64,000 nucleotides of DNA from Deferribacterales bacterium (GTDB lineage Bacteria; Chrysiogenota; Deferribacteres; Deferribacterales; Geovibrionaceae), in the NCBI GenBank assembly GCA_050251875.1, contig JBFWMA010000007.1, forward strand, positions 96,001 to 160,000, in the 5' to 3' direction. A program made the position numbers and the translations under genes. Shown here one piece after another: positions 29,094-40,413 of the stretch. Positions within the stretch are counted from its first letter, which is position 1. Every line of letters starts with the position of its first letter. The notes under the pieces are model-generated. The model worked only from the letters and a program-made list of their open reading frames with translations. It did not search any database and was not told the DNA's origin.

Positions 29094-30299
29094 CTATATT
29101 TTTCTGCGGACGAACTCTCTTCCCATCTTCACAATATCCGCAAAGCCCTCACCCTCCAGATCGGCGGCGGCTTTCTTAAGCTCTTCAGGAATATCTATAT
29201 TCTGCGGGCATTTATCCAGACACTCACCGCAGGCGACACACTGTGAGGCGAACCCGGTTTTCGGATCGTCACTGAACACGTCTCCGGTTGTCATGGCATA
29301 TTTGAATCTGGATCCCATCACCTCGCCGAATGCGTGCAGGTTGTTATACCACTCGAAACACACGGGTATTTTAACCCCCACAGGGCAAGGCAGGCAGTAT
29401 CCGCAGGCGGTGCATCCCACCTTCATCACACTGTTATACGCCTTTTCCGCTTCGTCCACAATCTTCAGCTCAGCCGGAGTCATGCTGTCTGCCTCCGCAT
29501 CGGACGCTATCCTGATATTCTCATCTATGTGGGCTTCCTCGTTCATTCCGGAGAGAATCAGCGTCACCTCGGGATGGTTCCATATCCACCTGAGCGCCCA
29601 TTCCACAGGCGTGCGTTTCTTGTCGGCGCTGTCCCAAACATCCTGAACAGCCTTCGGCTGAACCTCTTTACCCAGACTGCCGCCACGCAGAGGCTCCATA
29701 ATCACCACGCCTATGTTCTTTGCTGCGGCGTATTTCAGTCCGGAGAGCCCAGCCTGATAGTTTCTGTCCAGAAAATTATATTGTATCTGGCAGAAATCCC
29801 AGTCATAGCAGTCAACTATGGGATTAAAATCCCTCGGCTCGCCGTGATAAGAAAATCCGGCACGGACTATGCGCCCGTCCGCTTTGATATCGTCTATAAA
29901 TTTCAGAATATCCAGCTTCATCAGTCTGTTCCATGACGGACCGTTGAGCGAATGCATCAGATAGTAGTCTATGTGATCTGTCTCCAGCCTCTCTAGCTGG
30001 GCGTTCAGATATTTTTCCATGTCTTCTCTGCTGTTCACCAGCCATGTGGGGAGTTTGGTTGCCAGCTTCACTTTTTCTCTGTAGCCGTCTTTCAGAGCTT
30101 TTGCCACGAGCGGCTCACTGGCTCCGTTGTGATAGGGCCATGCGGTATCCACATAGTTCACCCCTCTGTCTATGGCATCCCTTATCTGCGCTATGGCTCT
30201 CTCTTCGTCTATGGCTTTGTCTTTCATAGGCAGACGCATACATCCGAAACCGAGAATGGACAGCTCGTCACCGTTTTTGGGCATGGTTCTATAGAGCAT
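29094..30299 (-). CDS. aldo/keto reductase with C-terminal 4Fe-4S dicluster
   Basis: LGFGCMRLP, DTAWPY, MEPLRGG, CTACGYCLPCP, CVACGEC..KCPQ. Confidence 0.92.
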   Translation of the reverse strand: MLYRTMPKNGDELSILGFGCMRLPMKDKAIDEERAIAQIRDAIDRGVNYVDTAWPYHNGASEPLVAKALKDGYREKVKLATKLPTWLVNSREDMEKYLNAQLERLETDHIDYYLMHSLNGPSWNRLMKLDILKFIDDIKADGRIVRAGFSYHGEPRDFNPIVDCYDWDFCQIQYNFLDRNYQAGLSGLKYAAAKNIGVVIMEPLRGGSLGKEVQPKAVQDVWDSADKKRTPVEWALRWIWNHPEVTLILSGMNEEAHIDENIRIASDAEADSMTPAELKIVDEAEKAYNSVMKVGCTACGYCLPCPVGVKIPVCFEWYNNLHAFGEVMGSRFKYAMTTGDVFSDDPKTGFASQCVACGECLDKCPQNIDIPEELKKAAADLEGEGFADIVKMGREFVRRKI

Positions 30300-30409
30300 G
30301 GGAAACCTCCGGAAATAAAAAATTCTCAACCATTTAGTATGATATACAATTCAGCGGATGAAACAATACATATTAATCTTAGATTATTGCCTGATTCGAC
30401 AGAAGTGAT

Positions 30410-30438
30410 AAAAAAAGGCGGGGTGAAGAACCCCGCCT
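30410..30438 (-). terminator. intrinsic terminator after eno
   Basis: AGGCGGGGT..ACCCCGCCT plus T-run on the minus strand. Confidence 0.8.
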
Positions 30439-30447
30439 GTAAGGTGA

Positions 30448-31761
<1,314 letters not shown>

Positions 31762-31944
31762 TTATGTTTATCAATATCTCTATTGGGTCATAACAAAAAT
31801 GTCACCCGTTCATAGCAGTAAAAGTATAGCCCTAAAGTAATATAAATGACAATATCAATTAAAATCTTCATCAATATTTCTGATAGTATAATCTGTTATT
31901 TATGTTCCTATAAAAACATGCTATATAATTTTTGGAGAAAATTT

Positions 31945-33810
31945 ATGAAAAACACAACATCAAAGGCGTACTATATTATTTTTGCTATCTATTTCATAAT
32001 ATTCGGCATAGTTGTTGCGTTGGTTACTTCTGCCGTCAACTACAGGATACACTACGTCGATATTAATAAACAAATATCACAGACCGCTGAAAACGCCTTT
32101 ATGGAAAAGGCTTTTTATTGGGACAGTAATAAGCGGTTTAGAGTTCTTATCCTAAAATCAATCGCATCAAGTGATATACTGATTAAGTATATCAGAAACG
32201 GAACAGATGAAAATAAAGACAACGTTAAAAAACTTCTCTATGCTTTTGCCAGTGCAAACCCTGATTTTATGCAGGTGAGGTATCTGGACGAAAAAGGCAT
32301 GGAAAAAGTACGCGTAGACAGGATCATAAACGACCTGCGCATAATCCCGGACACCGAACTTCAGGATAAGTCAGAACGGTATTATTTTAAAGAGGCGGCC
32401 CTGAGCCGCAACCATGAAGTATGGAGATCCAAAATAGATTTGAATATCGAACACGGCAAAGTTGAAATACCATTTAAACCAACACTCAGGTTAGCAACTC
32501 CGGTATATTTCAATAACAAATTTAAAGGAATTATTATCATCAATCTATTAATGAACAACACATTAAATAATTCAACAAATATAGTTAATTTCAATACCTA
32601 CCTAATAGACAGTGACGGTCAAATAATAAAAAGTCCTGACTCCAGCCAGTCATGGAGCAACTATGTTGATGGTCGAAAAGATTTCTTCTCCTTGATCAAT
32701 GCAAACAAGATAATTTTAACTACAGATAAATTCATAGGAAAAGATTTATTTTCTTTTAATATGGAGCAGTACATCAGCAACGGAGAACAGATACGCATGG
32801 TGCTGATACCTAAACATTCTGCCATCATGAGTATGAGAAAGAGAAATATTTCTGCCGCTCTGCTGATAGCTGTAATAGTGCTGGCCGTATCTATCCCCCT
32901 TTCATGGGTGGCGGCATATATTCCGTCCATGCTCCAGGCAAAACTTGCGGCATCCAACTATGAACTGAATAAATTTCACTCCATCATGGACAAATATCTG
33001 ATAAGCGCCACCACGGACAAAAATCAGGTGATAACATCATGCAGCAAGGCTTTTACAGATATCACCGAATATTCCGCCGATGAGCTGATCGGTCAGACCA
33101 ACAAACTAATCAGACATCCGGAGAACGACCCCGCCATATACAAAGACCTCTGGGACACCATCACAGAGGGAAAAGTGTGGGAGGGCGACCTCCGCTGCGT
33201 CAGCAAGACCGGAAAAACATTCTGGCTCCATAAGATAATCAGCCCCGATCTGGACGAAAAAGGTCAGGTGACAGGATACACATCCATAGACTATGACTGC
33301 ACCGATGCAAAGCTCATCGAAGAGATGTCTGTGACAGACCAGCTGACAGGGCTTTATAACAGACGCAAACTGGACGAATCACTGGAAACCGAAATGGTGA
33401 GGTTCAACAGATATAAGCATGATTTCTGCGTAATACTGCTGGACATAGACCACTTCAAAAAAGTGAACGACACTTTTGGCCACTCAGAGGGCGACAGAGT
33501 TCTTAAAGAGCTGGCAAGCATACTAAAAGCAAACACCAGAGCCACAGACACAGTGGGCAGATGGGGCGGAGAAGAGTTTCTTATTGTGGCCTCAGAAACC
33601 GACATCACAGCCTGCGCCAGACTGGCGGAGAAGATACGTCTGGAGGTTCAGGAGCATTATTTCGGCAGTGTGGGCAGGGTTACCATCAGTCTGGGAGCGG
33701 CCCAGTACACATACGGAGATACTATATCCCACTTCATAGTCAATGCGGACAGCGCCCTGTACAAGGCGAAACAGAACGGGCGCAACAGAACCGAACTGCA
33801 CAATGGATAA
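31945..33810 (+). CDS. Cache-PAS-GGDEF diguanylate cyclase
   Basis: TM-Cache-TM, PAS, DQLTGLYNRR, DIDHFK.VND, RWGGEEF. Confidence 0.92.
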   Translation: MKNTTSKAYYIIFAIYFIIFGIVVALVTSAVNYRIHYVDINKQISQTAENAFMEKAFYWDSNKRFRVLILKSIASSDILIKYIRNGTDENKDNVKKLLYAFASANPDFMQVRYLDEKGMEKVRVDRIINDLRIIPDTELQDKSERYYFKEAALSRNHEVWRSKIDLNIEHGKVEIPFKPTLRLATPVYFNNKFKGIIIINLLMNNTLNNSTNIVNFNTYLIDSDGQIIKSPDSSQSWSNYVDGRKDFFSLINANKIILTTDKFIGKDLFSFNMEQYISNGEQIRMVLIPKHSAIMSMRKRNISAALLIAVIVLAVSIPLSWVAAYIPSMLQAKLAASNYELNKFHSIMDKYLISATTDKNQVITSCSKAFTDITEYSADELIGQTNKLIRHPENDPAIYKDLWDTITEGKVWEGDLRCVSKTGKTFWLHKIISPDLDEKGQVTGYTSIDYDCTDAKLIEEMSVTDQLTGLYNRRKLDESLETEMVRFNRYKHDFCVILLDIDHFKKVNDTFGHSEGDRVLKELASILKANTRATDTVGRWGGEEFLIVASETDITACARLAEKIRLEVQEHYFGSVGRVTISLGAAQYTYGDTISHFIVNADSALYKAKQNGRNRTELHNG

Positions 33811-33904
33811 TAACGCTCACTAATTTTCCACATGTGCTTTATCACCTTGACTTTGAGAAAACCACTGTATTATTATGCTTCTAAACTGACCCATAGGGCA
33901 AAAT

Positions 33905-35200
33905 ATGTACGACATTCCAAACCTCCTTTTCGCCGACAGGCAGGGAAATATATATGACCATCCGCACCTGAAAATGACCGTCAGGAGCGAGAATTTCAAC
34001 TTCGTCCCATACGAGGTGGAGCTCATCGAGCTGCCGCCGTCTTCCAGACTGTATTTCGTTCCGGACACTCATCCTGTCGCCTACAACCCCGACACAGCGG
34101 GCATGGAGACCTTCACAGGCGGATACGCCGTCAGCGCTTTTCTCGACCCGGGATATCTGCGTCTGTTTCTGCCCTCATATGTGAAAAACTCCGACACCAT
34201 CCTCCCGCTCTATGCGTATACCGCCGTGGGCTGGCTGAACGACAGATTTGTCGTACCCGCCATCAAGGTGGATGACGACAGCAAATGGAACCCGAAAAAT
34301 TTCGATTACACAGACAAATTCAAGCCCACCGTGGACGAGATGCTGGCGAAATATCCTGACAACAGGCTTTATAAACAGCTCTCCACATGCGCTCTGAAAT
34401 ATCACTGCACAGCGGCTAAAAACGCCTTCATAGGCAGATGGGAATGTCCCCTGCCCTCAGCCCCCACATGCAACAGCAGATGCATCGGCTGTATCTCCTT
34501 TCAGGAGGACAAGAAGGTGGCGGCGCCGCAGGACAGGATAAAATTCATCCCAAAACCAGAAGAGATAGCTCAGGTGGCTCTCAACCACTATGAGGTGGCG
34601 GAAGAGCCCATAGTCAGCTTTGGTCAGGGATGCGAGGGCGACCCCATCACAGTCACCGACACCATCGCCGAGGCGATAAAGATCATCAAGAAAAAAGCGC
34701 CGGAACTGACTGTCAATTTCAACTCGAACTGCAGCAATCCGGAAAAGATGAAAATGATATTTGACGCCGGAGTGGATAGTATCCGTGTCAGCCTCAATTC
34801 CGTGGTAGAATCCACATATAACGCTTACTACAACCCTGTGAACTACACGCTGGAAGATGTGCTGAAAAGCATAGAGCTGGCGAACAGATATAACGTATAT
34901 ACCTCGCTCAACTTTCTGACTATGCCCGGCATAAACGACAGAGAGAGCGAGGCGGACACTCTGATAGATTTTCTGTCGGCATATCAGATAGACCTGATAC
35001 AGCTCAGAAATCTGAACATCGACCCTGACCTGCTCTTTTCGAAGATGAAGTTCAGGAAGGAGGAGATTTTAGGACTGAAAAATCTCCTGAAACTGGTGAA
35101 AAAGAAGCATAAGAATATGAAGTTCGGTTACTTTAACAGGACCAGAGAGAATTTTCACAAGGATCTCGGTCTTCCGGATTTAAAAAGGAGGAACAAATGA
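33905..35200 (+). CDS. radical SAM protein of unknown function
   Basis: CNSRCIGC motif; SFGQGCEGDP; extra C...YHC. Confidence 0.88.
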   Translation: MYDIPNLLFADRQGNIYDHPHLKMTVRSENFNFVPYEVELIELPPSSRLYFVPDTHPVAYNPDTAGMETFTGGYAVSAFLDPGYLRLFLPSYVKNSDTILPLYAYTAVGWLNDRFVVPAIKVDDDSKWNPKNFDYTDKFKPTVDEMLAKYPDNRLYKQLSTCALKYHCTAAKNAFIGRWECPLPSAPTCNSRCIGCISFQEDKKVAAPQDRIKFIPKPEEIAQVALNHYEVAEEPIVSFGQGCEGDPITVTDTIAEAIKIIKKKAPELTVNFNSNCSNPEKMKMIFDAGVDSIRVSLNSVVESTYNAYYNPVNYTLEDVLKSIELANRYNVYTSLNFLTMPGINDRESEADTLIDFLSAYQIDLIQLRNLNIDPDLLFSKMKFRKEEILGLKNLLKLVKKKHKNMKFGYFNRTRENFHKDLGLPDLKRRNK

Positions 35201-35913
35201 AGAAGGTTATCGTTTTTGCAATGATGCTGATGTGTTCCAGCGCATTCGCGGAATTTTCACTGATGCCCGATCTGACAGCCACACAGTTCAAAGATCTGGT
35301 ATCCGACCTCAGCATGGCAGTGACCCCCACCATCTCCAGCCCTGCCGAGCCCCTGAAGACTCTCGGGTTCGACATCGCCCTCGAGTCCCAGCTCACCACT
35401 ATCAACAGTGACGCGGACAGATGGGAAAACGCATGGGGCGGAGCTGAAGCCGCCAACACAATATGGGCAAACAGAGTGCATATTCAGAAGGGACTTCCCT
35501 TCGGAGTGGATCTTGGAGCAAGCGTTACTCAGGGCGCCAATCTCAACTTCACAGCCGCCACAGTGGAAGCTAAATACGCTTTTCTGAAAGGCTCAGTGGT
35601 TACTCCCGCCATCAGCGCCAGAGTTGCCTACACAAAAGTTTTCAACATTGAGGATGTAAACCTCCAGACTTTCCTTGCCGGACTTTACATCAGCAAAGGA
35701 TTCCTCATCCTGACACCCTATGCGGGTATCGAGGATGTATACGCCATCGCCAGCGAAGATTCTGACGCTGACCTTGACGATGAAACAGCAAACAATATCA
35801 GAGGACTTGTCGGTCTTCAGATATGCCCTTTCCCGCTTTTCGTCATCAACGTAGAGGCGGCTAAGGCAGCAGATGTTTACCAATTCGGACTTAAAGCAGG
35901 TCTCAGGTTTTAA
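35197..35913 (+). CDS. exported outer-membrane beta-barrel-like protein
   Basis: Signal peptide ending AFA; alternating beta strands; C-terminal Phe. Confidence 0.65.
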   Translation: MKKVIVFAMMLMCSSAFAEFSLMPDLTATQFKDLVSDLSMAVTPTISSPAEPLKTLGFDIALESQLTTINSDADRWENAWGGAEAANTIWANRVHIQKGLPFGVDLGASVTQGANLNFTAATVEAKYAFLKGSVVTPAISARVAYTKVFNIEDVNLQTFLAGLYISKGFLILTPYAGIEDVYAIASEDSDADLDDETANNIRGLVGLQICPFPLFVINVEAAKAADVYQFGLKAGLRF

Positions 35914-37476
35914 ATGAACAATTACTTTTATGACTACATAGTCTTAGGCAGCGGCGTGGCCGGCCTCAGGGCGGCCATCGAGCTTGCCGGTTTCGGCAGG
36001 GTTGCTGTTGTTACAAAATGTTTTCTGGGGGAAAGCTCCTCAGAATACGCACAGGGCGGCGTCGCAGTCGCCCTTTCTGATGATGATGACATTTCTCTGC
36101 ACATAGAGGATACTTTGCGTGCAGGAGATGGGCTGTGTGACCTTAAGGCGGTCTCGACTCTTGTGGAGGAAGGACCTAAATATATCAAGCAGCTTATCTC
36201 CTGGGGAGCGAAGTTCGACATGCACGGAGGAGTGCTGGAATTTTCCCGTGAGGCGGCGCACAGCGTCAACAGGATTATCCACGCCAAAGGGGACGCCACC
36301 GGACACGAGATCGTACGAACGCTTAAGGAATATTCCAAAACGTTCGAAAACATAGAAAAGCTGGAATACACCTATGCTCTGGACTTTATCAAAGACGCTC
36401 CGGACAGCGTGTGCGGTGTTCTGGCTCTGGACGAGAAAACCGGCGAGCTGGAATATTATTACGCCAAGGCGGTCATAGTCGCCACAGGCGGAGCGGGCAG
36501 ACTCTACCGCAGAACCACCAACCCCGCTGTCGTCACAGGAGACGGCATGGCGATGGCTTTCAGAGCCGGCGCTGTTATGCGTGATATGGAGTTCTATCAG
36601 TTTCACCCCACAGGTCTCACAATCAAGGGCGCTCCGGCGTTTCTTCTGAGCGAGGCGATGAGAGGCGAAGGCGGAATACTCCGCAACATAAACATGGAGC
36701 GCTTCGCCAGCAAATATCACCCGGACGGCGAGCTGGCCCCCAGAGACGTGGTGAGCAGAGCCATCTTCTTTGAGATGAAGCAGACAGGCACAGACCATGT
36801 GTTCCTCGATCTGACGCATCTGGAAAAAGATTTTGTAAAAAACAGATTCCCGAAAATATATTCCACCTGTCTGGAATACAATATCGACATCACAGTCGAT
36901 CCTATTCCGGTCAGCCCCGCCGCCCACTATTTCATGGGCGGAATCTTCACCGATGACTTCGGGCGCTCCAGCCTGAAAGGTCTTTACGCATGCGGCGAGG
37001 CGGCATGCAACGGTGTGCACGGGGCTAACAGGCTGGCGAGCAACTCTCTTCTGGAGGGCGTTGTTTTCGGCGGCAGAAGCGCCGAAACAGCGGCGGAAGA
37101 CACTAAGGACAGAGTGGTTGCAGAAAGCGCCATAGCCCTGGGCGAGCCTCTGAAAATTGACGAGGCGGACAAAATGGTGGCTGAGATTCAGGAAGCCATG
37201 TGGGACGGAGTGAGCGTTGCCAGAAACGAGCACGGTCTCTCCAGCGCCATAGCTTATCTTAGCGGTCATCTGCGCAGGTTCAACGGCAGAACACCGTCAG
37301 ACAGACAGACTGCCGAAATCAGAAATATGCTCACAGTGGGGCTTCTGATAGCCGAAGCCGCATACGCCAGAAAGGGAAGCAGAGGCGGACACTACCGTGA
37401 CGACTACCCCGACAGGATAGCGGACAACTGGCACATCTATTTCGAAAATGCCCAATTTAATCCCGATAAAAAATAG
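35914..37476 (+). CDS. nadB: L-aspartate oxidase
   Basis: GSGVAGL, AQGG, EAAHS, QFHPT, SEAMRGEG, ELAPRD, HGANRLASNSLLE. Confidence 0.95.
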   Translation: MNNYFYDYIVLGSGVAGLRAAIELAGFGRVAVVTKCFLGESSSEYAQGGVAVALSDDDDISLHIEDTLRAGDGLCDLKAVSTLVEEGPKYIKQLISWGAKFDMHGGVLEFSREAAHSVNRIIHAKGDATGHEIVRTLKEYSKTFENIEKLEYTYALDFIKDAPDSVCGVLALDEKTGELEYYYAKAVIVATGGAGRLYRRTTNPAVVTGDGMAMAFRAGAVMRDMEFYQFHPTGLTIKGAPAFLLSEAMRGEGGILRNINMERFASKYHPDGELAPRDVVSRAIFFEMKQTGTDHVFLDLTHLEKDFVKNRFPKIYSTCLEYNIDITVDPIPVSPAAHYFMGGIFTDDFGRSSLKGLYACGEAACNGVHGANRLASNSLLEGVVFGGRSAETAAEDTKDRVVAESAIALGEPLKIDEADKMVAEIQEAMWDGVSVARNEHGLSSAIAYLSGHLRRFNGRTPSDRQTAEIRNMLTVGLLIAEAAYARKGSRGGHYRDDYPDRIADNWHIYFENAQFNPDKK

Positions 37477-38131
37477 GAACAAACCTTTAATAACAGCGGA
37501 CGGCTCTATATCTCTCTACAGTATGGACTACATGGAGGGATATAGAGCCAAAAGCGTTGGCGCGTTCACTGAAAGCCTTCATAAATTCTATCTGGCGAGC
37601 GGCATAGAACAGATGCTGATGAAACAGGATGTAAGGCTTCTGGATATATGTCTGGGCGGCGGAAGCAATCTTGCCGTCACACTGGACAGGGTGCTCACAC
37701 TCAACACCCCCTACCGCCTCCATATCGTCACTGTGGAGAAGCAATCGTCTCTTTTTGACACCATTAAGCAGAACGGATTTATGTGGCCTTACAAAGGCTA
37801 TGAGGCGCTCAGGTATCTGATAGACAACGGCGGGATGAATAACATCCGGCTGGATATCGCCATCGGTGACGCCGCACGGATAATCAGGGAGATGCCGCTG
37901 AAGTTTGACGTGGTATACTTCGACCCTTTCGGCAAAAGAAAGAACCCGGATATGTGGACTGTGGACGTTTTCAGAGACGTGTATAACCTGATGAACCCCG
38001 GCGGAAGAGCCGTTACCTATTCATCCGGCAAGGCTGTGCGGAACGACTTCGTGACCGCCGGATTTACCTATACCGTGACGAGCAAACCGGACGGAGCTTT
38101 TCAGGAAGGCACCGTCTTTCTGAAACACTGA
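37448..38131 (+). CDS. MnmC-like (MnmD) tRNA mnm5s2U methyltransferase domain
   Basis: TADGS.SL, LDICLGGG.N, DVVYFDPF...NPDMW, TYS...VR. Confidence 0.8.
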   Translation: MPNLIPIKNRNKPLITADGSISLYSMDYMEGYRAKSVGAFTESLHKFYLASGIEQMLMKQDVRLLDICLGGGSNLAVTLDRVLTLNTPYRLHIVTVEKQSSLFDTIKQNGFMWPYKGYEALRYLIDNGGMNNIRLDIAIGDAARIIREMPLKFDVVYFDPFGKRKNPDMWTVDVFRDVYNLMNPGGRAVTYSSGKAVRNDFVTAGFTYTVTSKPDGAFQEGTVFLKH

Positions 38132-38182
38132 TAACCTTTTATTGTTCATGACATATAATTGCAATTTTTTTGAAATAAGTTA

Positions 38183-38211
38183 TTGACATCCATCATGTGA
38201 TACGATATAAA
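38183..38211 (+). promoter_or_regulatory. sigma-70 promoter of the tRNA operon
   Basis: TTGACA-N17-TATAAA just upstream of tRNA-Gly. Confidence 0.8.
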
Positions 38212-38222
38212 AACATCCTCAT

Positions 38223-38295
38223 GCGGGTATAGCTCAGTTGGTAGAGCGCGACCTTGCCAAGGTTGAGGTCACCGGTTCGAGTCCGGCTACCCGCT
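38223..38295 (+). tRNA. tRNA-Gly(GCC)
   Basis: GCGGGTA acceptor stem, AGCTCAGTTGGTAGAGC D-arm, CTTGCCAAG anticodon region, GGTTCGAGTCC; CCA not encoded. Confidence 0.95.
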
Positions 38296-38337
38296 TTTTT
38301 ATAGGCTGGCTGATTAGGCTGGTCTTTTTTTTCTCAT

Positions 38338-38408
38338 GGCGACGTGGCCGAGTGGTTAGGCATCGGACTGCAAATCCGCGTACCCCAGTTCGATTCTGGG
38401 CGTCGCCT
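38338..38408 (+). tRNA. tRNA-Cys(GCA), integration target
   Basis: GGCGACG/CGTCGCC stem, CGGACTGCAAATCCG anticodon arm, AGTTCGATTCT. Confidence 0.95.
38364..38408 (+). repeat. att core, left (3' half of tRNA-Cys)
   Basis: CGGACTGCAAATCCGCGTACCCCAGTTCGATTCTGGGCGTCGCCT, identical to 54930-54974. Confidence 0.95.
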
Positions 38409-38456
38409 CTCTTAAATACCAATAAGTTACAAGACTTAAAAAATCTTTATTTCAAC

Positions 38457-38479
38457 TTTTCTAACCTTTTTTCTAACCA
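38457..38479 (+). repeat. putative integrase arm-type sites, left
   Basis: TTTTCTAACCTTTTTTCTAACCA, identical to 54772-54794. Confidence 0.7.
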
Positions 38480-38580
38480 GTGCAAATACTCATTTAAATG
38501 ATTGACCGTTAATTGACCGAATTGACCGCCACAAGAAATCATACACATTCAATAAAGCATAAGGGCTATGTCGAGTGTAC

Positions 38581-39474
38581 TTATTTAATGCTTTTTATTT
38601 TATCCAGTATTTGAAGTGAATCAGAATCGAGTTTAGAAAAAGCAAACCATTTCTTACCCAAATCTTTCAGGCTTGCTCCTATGTGATAAATTTCTTTTTT
38701 ATCTATGATAATAAATCTATCATGACAGTTTTTCAGTTCTTTGACGTTAATTGCTGGATATTGCTGATTATGCTTTTGAATATCAAGATTCAATTGTTTT
38801 GAGATTCTATCAGTGTATATTGATGCAGCACAACCTGAGCTTCTTTTAGATAAAAGAGTCAGTACAGTGTCATCAATATAGTTATCTATTACAACAATGT
38901 CACTTTTGGCTTTCCTCACTAAATCACATACAAAGCTATAGGCATCAAAAATTTCACCATCATAAAATATTCCTTGTTTAGGGACAATGTCACGATCTTC
39001 GATTGCTTTAAATATCTTTTCAAATTTTGCTTCGCTTTCGTGTTCATATGATTTCTGTCTGCTTTCAAGCTCTTGAAACTTCTGAAAAATAACAGCATTG
39101 CCTGATAAGAATTTCCTCATCTCTATGAATGTGTTGATTATCTTTATACTGATTTTTACAGCCACATCACTTTTCAAAACAGCAGAAAGCATGGCAACGC
39201 CCTGCTCAGTAAAAGCATATGGTAGAGTTGAAGAATATTTTAAATTGTCAAGGTGGTCGCAATTTGCGACCACCTCATCAAATTCATCTTTGGAAAGTTG
39301 AAACCTGAATTCTTCTGGGAATCTTTCAATATTACGTTTAACTTGCTCGTTCAGTCGTTTAGTTTGAACCTGATATAAATCAGCAAGCTCAGAATCGAGC
39401 ATTACCTGCTTTCCTCTGATACTGTAAATTCTCTTTGAAACTTCTGAATTGTTAAACTTAATCAAATCGCTCAT
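38581..39474 (-). CDS. ORF6N DNA-binding domain protein with PLD-like C-terminus
   Basis: IRGKQVMLD.ELA.LY.V.TK.LN.QVKRNI.RFP..F.FQL, PYAFTEQGVAMLS; C-terminal HDRFIIID...HIGASLKD. Confidence 0.88.
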   Translation of the reverse strand: MSDLIKFNNSEVSKRIYSIRGKQVMLDSELADLYQVQTKRLNEQVKRNIERFPEEFRFQLSKDEFDEVVANCDHLDNLKYSSTLPYAFTEQGVAMLSAVLKSDVAVKISIKIINTFIEMRKFLSGNAVIFQKFQELESRQKSYEHESEAKFEKIFKAIEDRDIVPKQGIFYDGEIFDAYSFVCDLVRKAKSDIVVIDNYIDDTVLTLLSKRSSGCAASIYTDRISKQLNLDIQKHNQQYPAINVKELKNCHDRFIIIDKKEIYHIGASLKDLGKKWFAFSKLDSDSLQILDKIKSIK

Positions 39475-39483
39475 ATTTAAACT

Positions 39484-40404
39484 CTATATTTCATTAAAGT
39501 AGTCACTGTCAATTCCTTTAAGCTCGTAAACTTCCTGAATATAAACACCGACATTATATTTAATCATGTATTCAGCCAATTGAAGGCCGTTGATAAGAAT
39601 AATACGCTTATTATTTATTCTAGAAGCGTATTCTTTTGCTTCGGCGGTATATTCTGAAGTGGTTATAAAAACGCCCTTAGTTGCTCCTTTGTCGTCAAGA
39701 GCACCAGAGAATTGTTGAATCTGCGGTCTTCCAACAGTCCCCTTGTCCCACCTTTTAGCTTGAATATAAATATTATCAAGTCCGAGAGCATCTTCTTTGA
39801 TAATACCATCAATTCCTCCATCACCAGACCTGCCAACAGCTAGCCCAGCAGCACTGTCAGAACCGCCATACCCCATTTTTATCAGGACATCTATTACTAT
39901 CTTTTCAAAATATGTAGGAGAACATTCTTTCAGAGTATCCAATAAATCTGAAGCTAGGGTATTCTGGATTGTTTTAAAAGCATTTTGTAGAGTTTCTTCG
40001 GGTGCTTGCCCTGAATGTTCATTTGATATCTGTTCTGTTTGCTCACTTCTATTCTGATTTACGAAAACAGCAAACTCTGGGTATCTTAATAGATAAGCTC
40101 TATCAAGGCTTGTAACTGTAGGATCTTCTAAAACAGCTATACCTCTATCTGTGATTATAAATCTGCTACGTCCTGTTATTTTGATCAAGCAAGCTTTTGT
40201 AAGATATGTTTTTGCCCAAGCCGCTCTATATGCAAACGTAGTACGATTTTTGTTATTATTCGGCATCCTTTCACTACGGTCTTCTTCTGACAACCGGAGA
40301 AGATCTGCAAGAGGCTCTATCAAATCATTTATATTCTTTTCCTGCCTGTCTTTCGCAAGCTCAAGCATCGGATACATAATTACATCATAAGAAGGGACAG
40401 GCAT
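39484..40404 (-). CDS. mrr: Mrr-family (Type IV) restriction endonuclease
   Basis: Mrr_N (P.Y...M.P.L, R..WA..YL); catalytic SGDGGIDGII...IQAKR; GVFITTS. Confidence 0.93.
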   Translation of the reverse strand: MPVPSYDVIMYPMLELAKDRQEKNINDLIEPLADLLRLSEEDRSERMPNNNKNRTTFAYRAAWAKTYLTKACLIKITGRSRFIITDRGIAVLEDPTVTSLDRAYLLRYPEFAVFVNQNRSEQTEQISNEHSGQAPEETLQNAFKTIQNTLASDLLDTLKECSPTYFEKIVIDVLIKMGYGGSDSAAGLAVGRSGDGGIDGIIKEDALGLDNIYIQAKRWDKGTVGRPQIQQFSGALDDKGATKGVFITTSEYTAEAKEYASRINNKRIILINGLQLAEYMIKYNVGVYIQEVYELKGIDSDYFNEI

Positions 40405-40413
40405 AAAAACCTC

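Noticed and set aside
36040..37269. 409-aa minus-strand ORF
   Set aside because: Antisense shadow of nadB with no recognisable motifs
38234..38501. ORFs of 62 and 87 aa
   Set aside because: They overlap tRNA-Gly and tRNA-Cys and are translation artefacts
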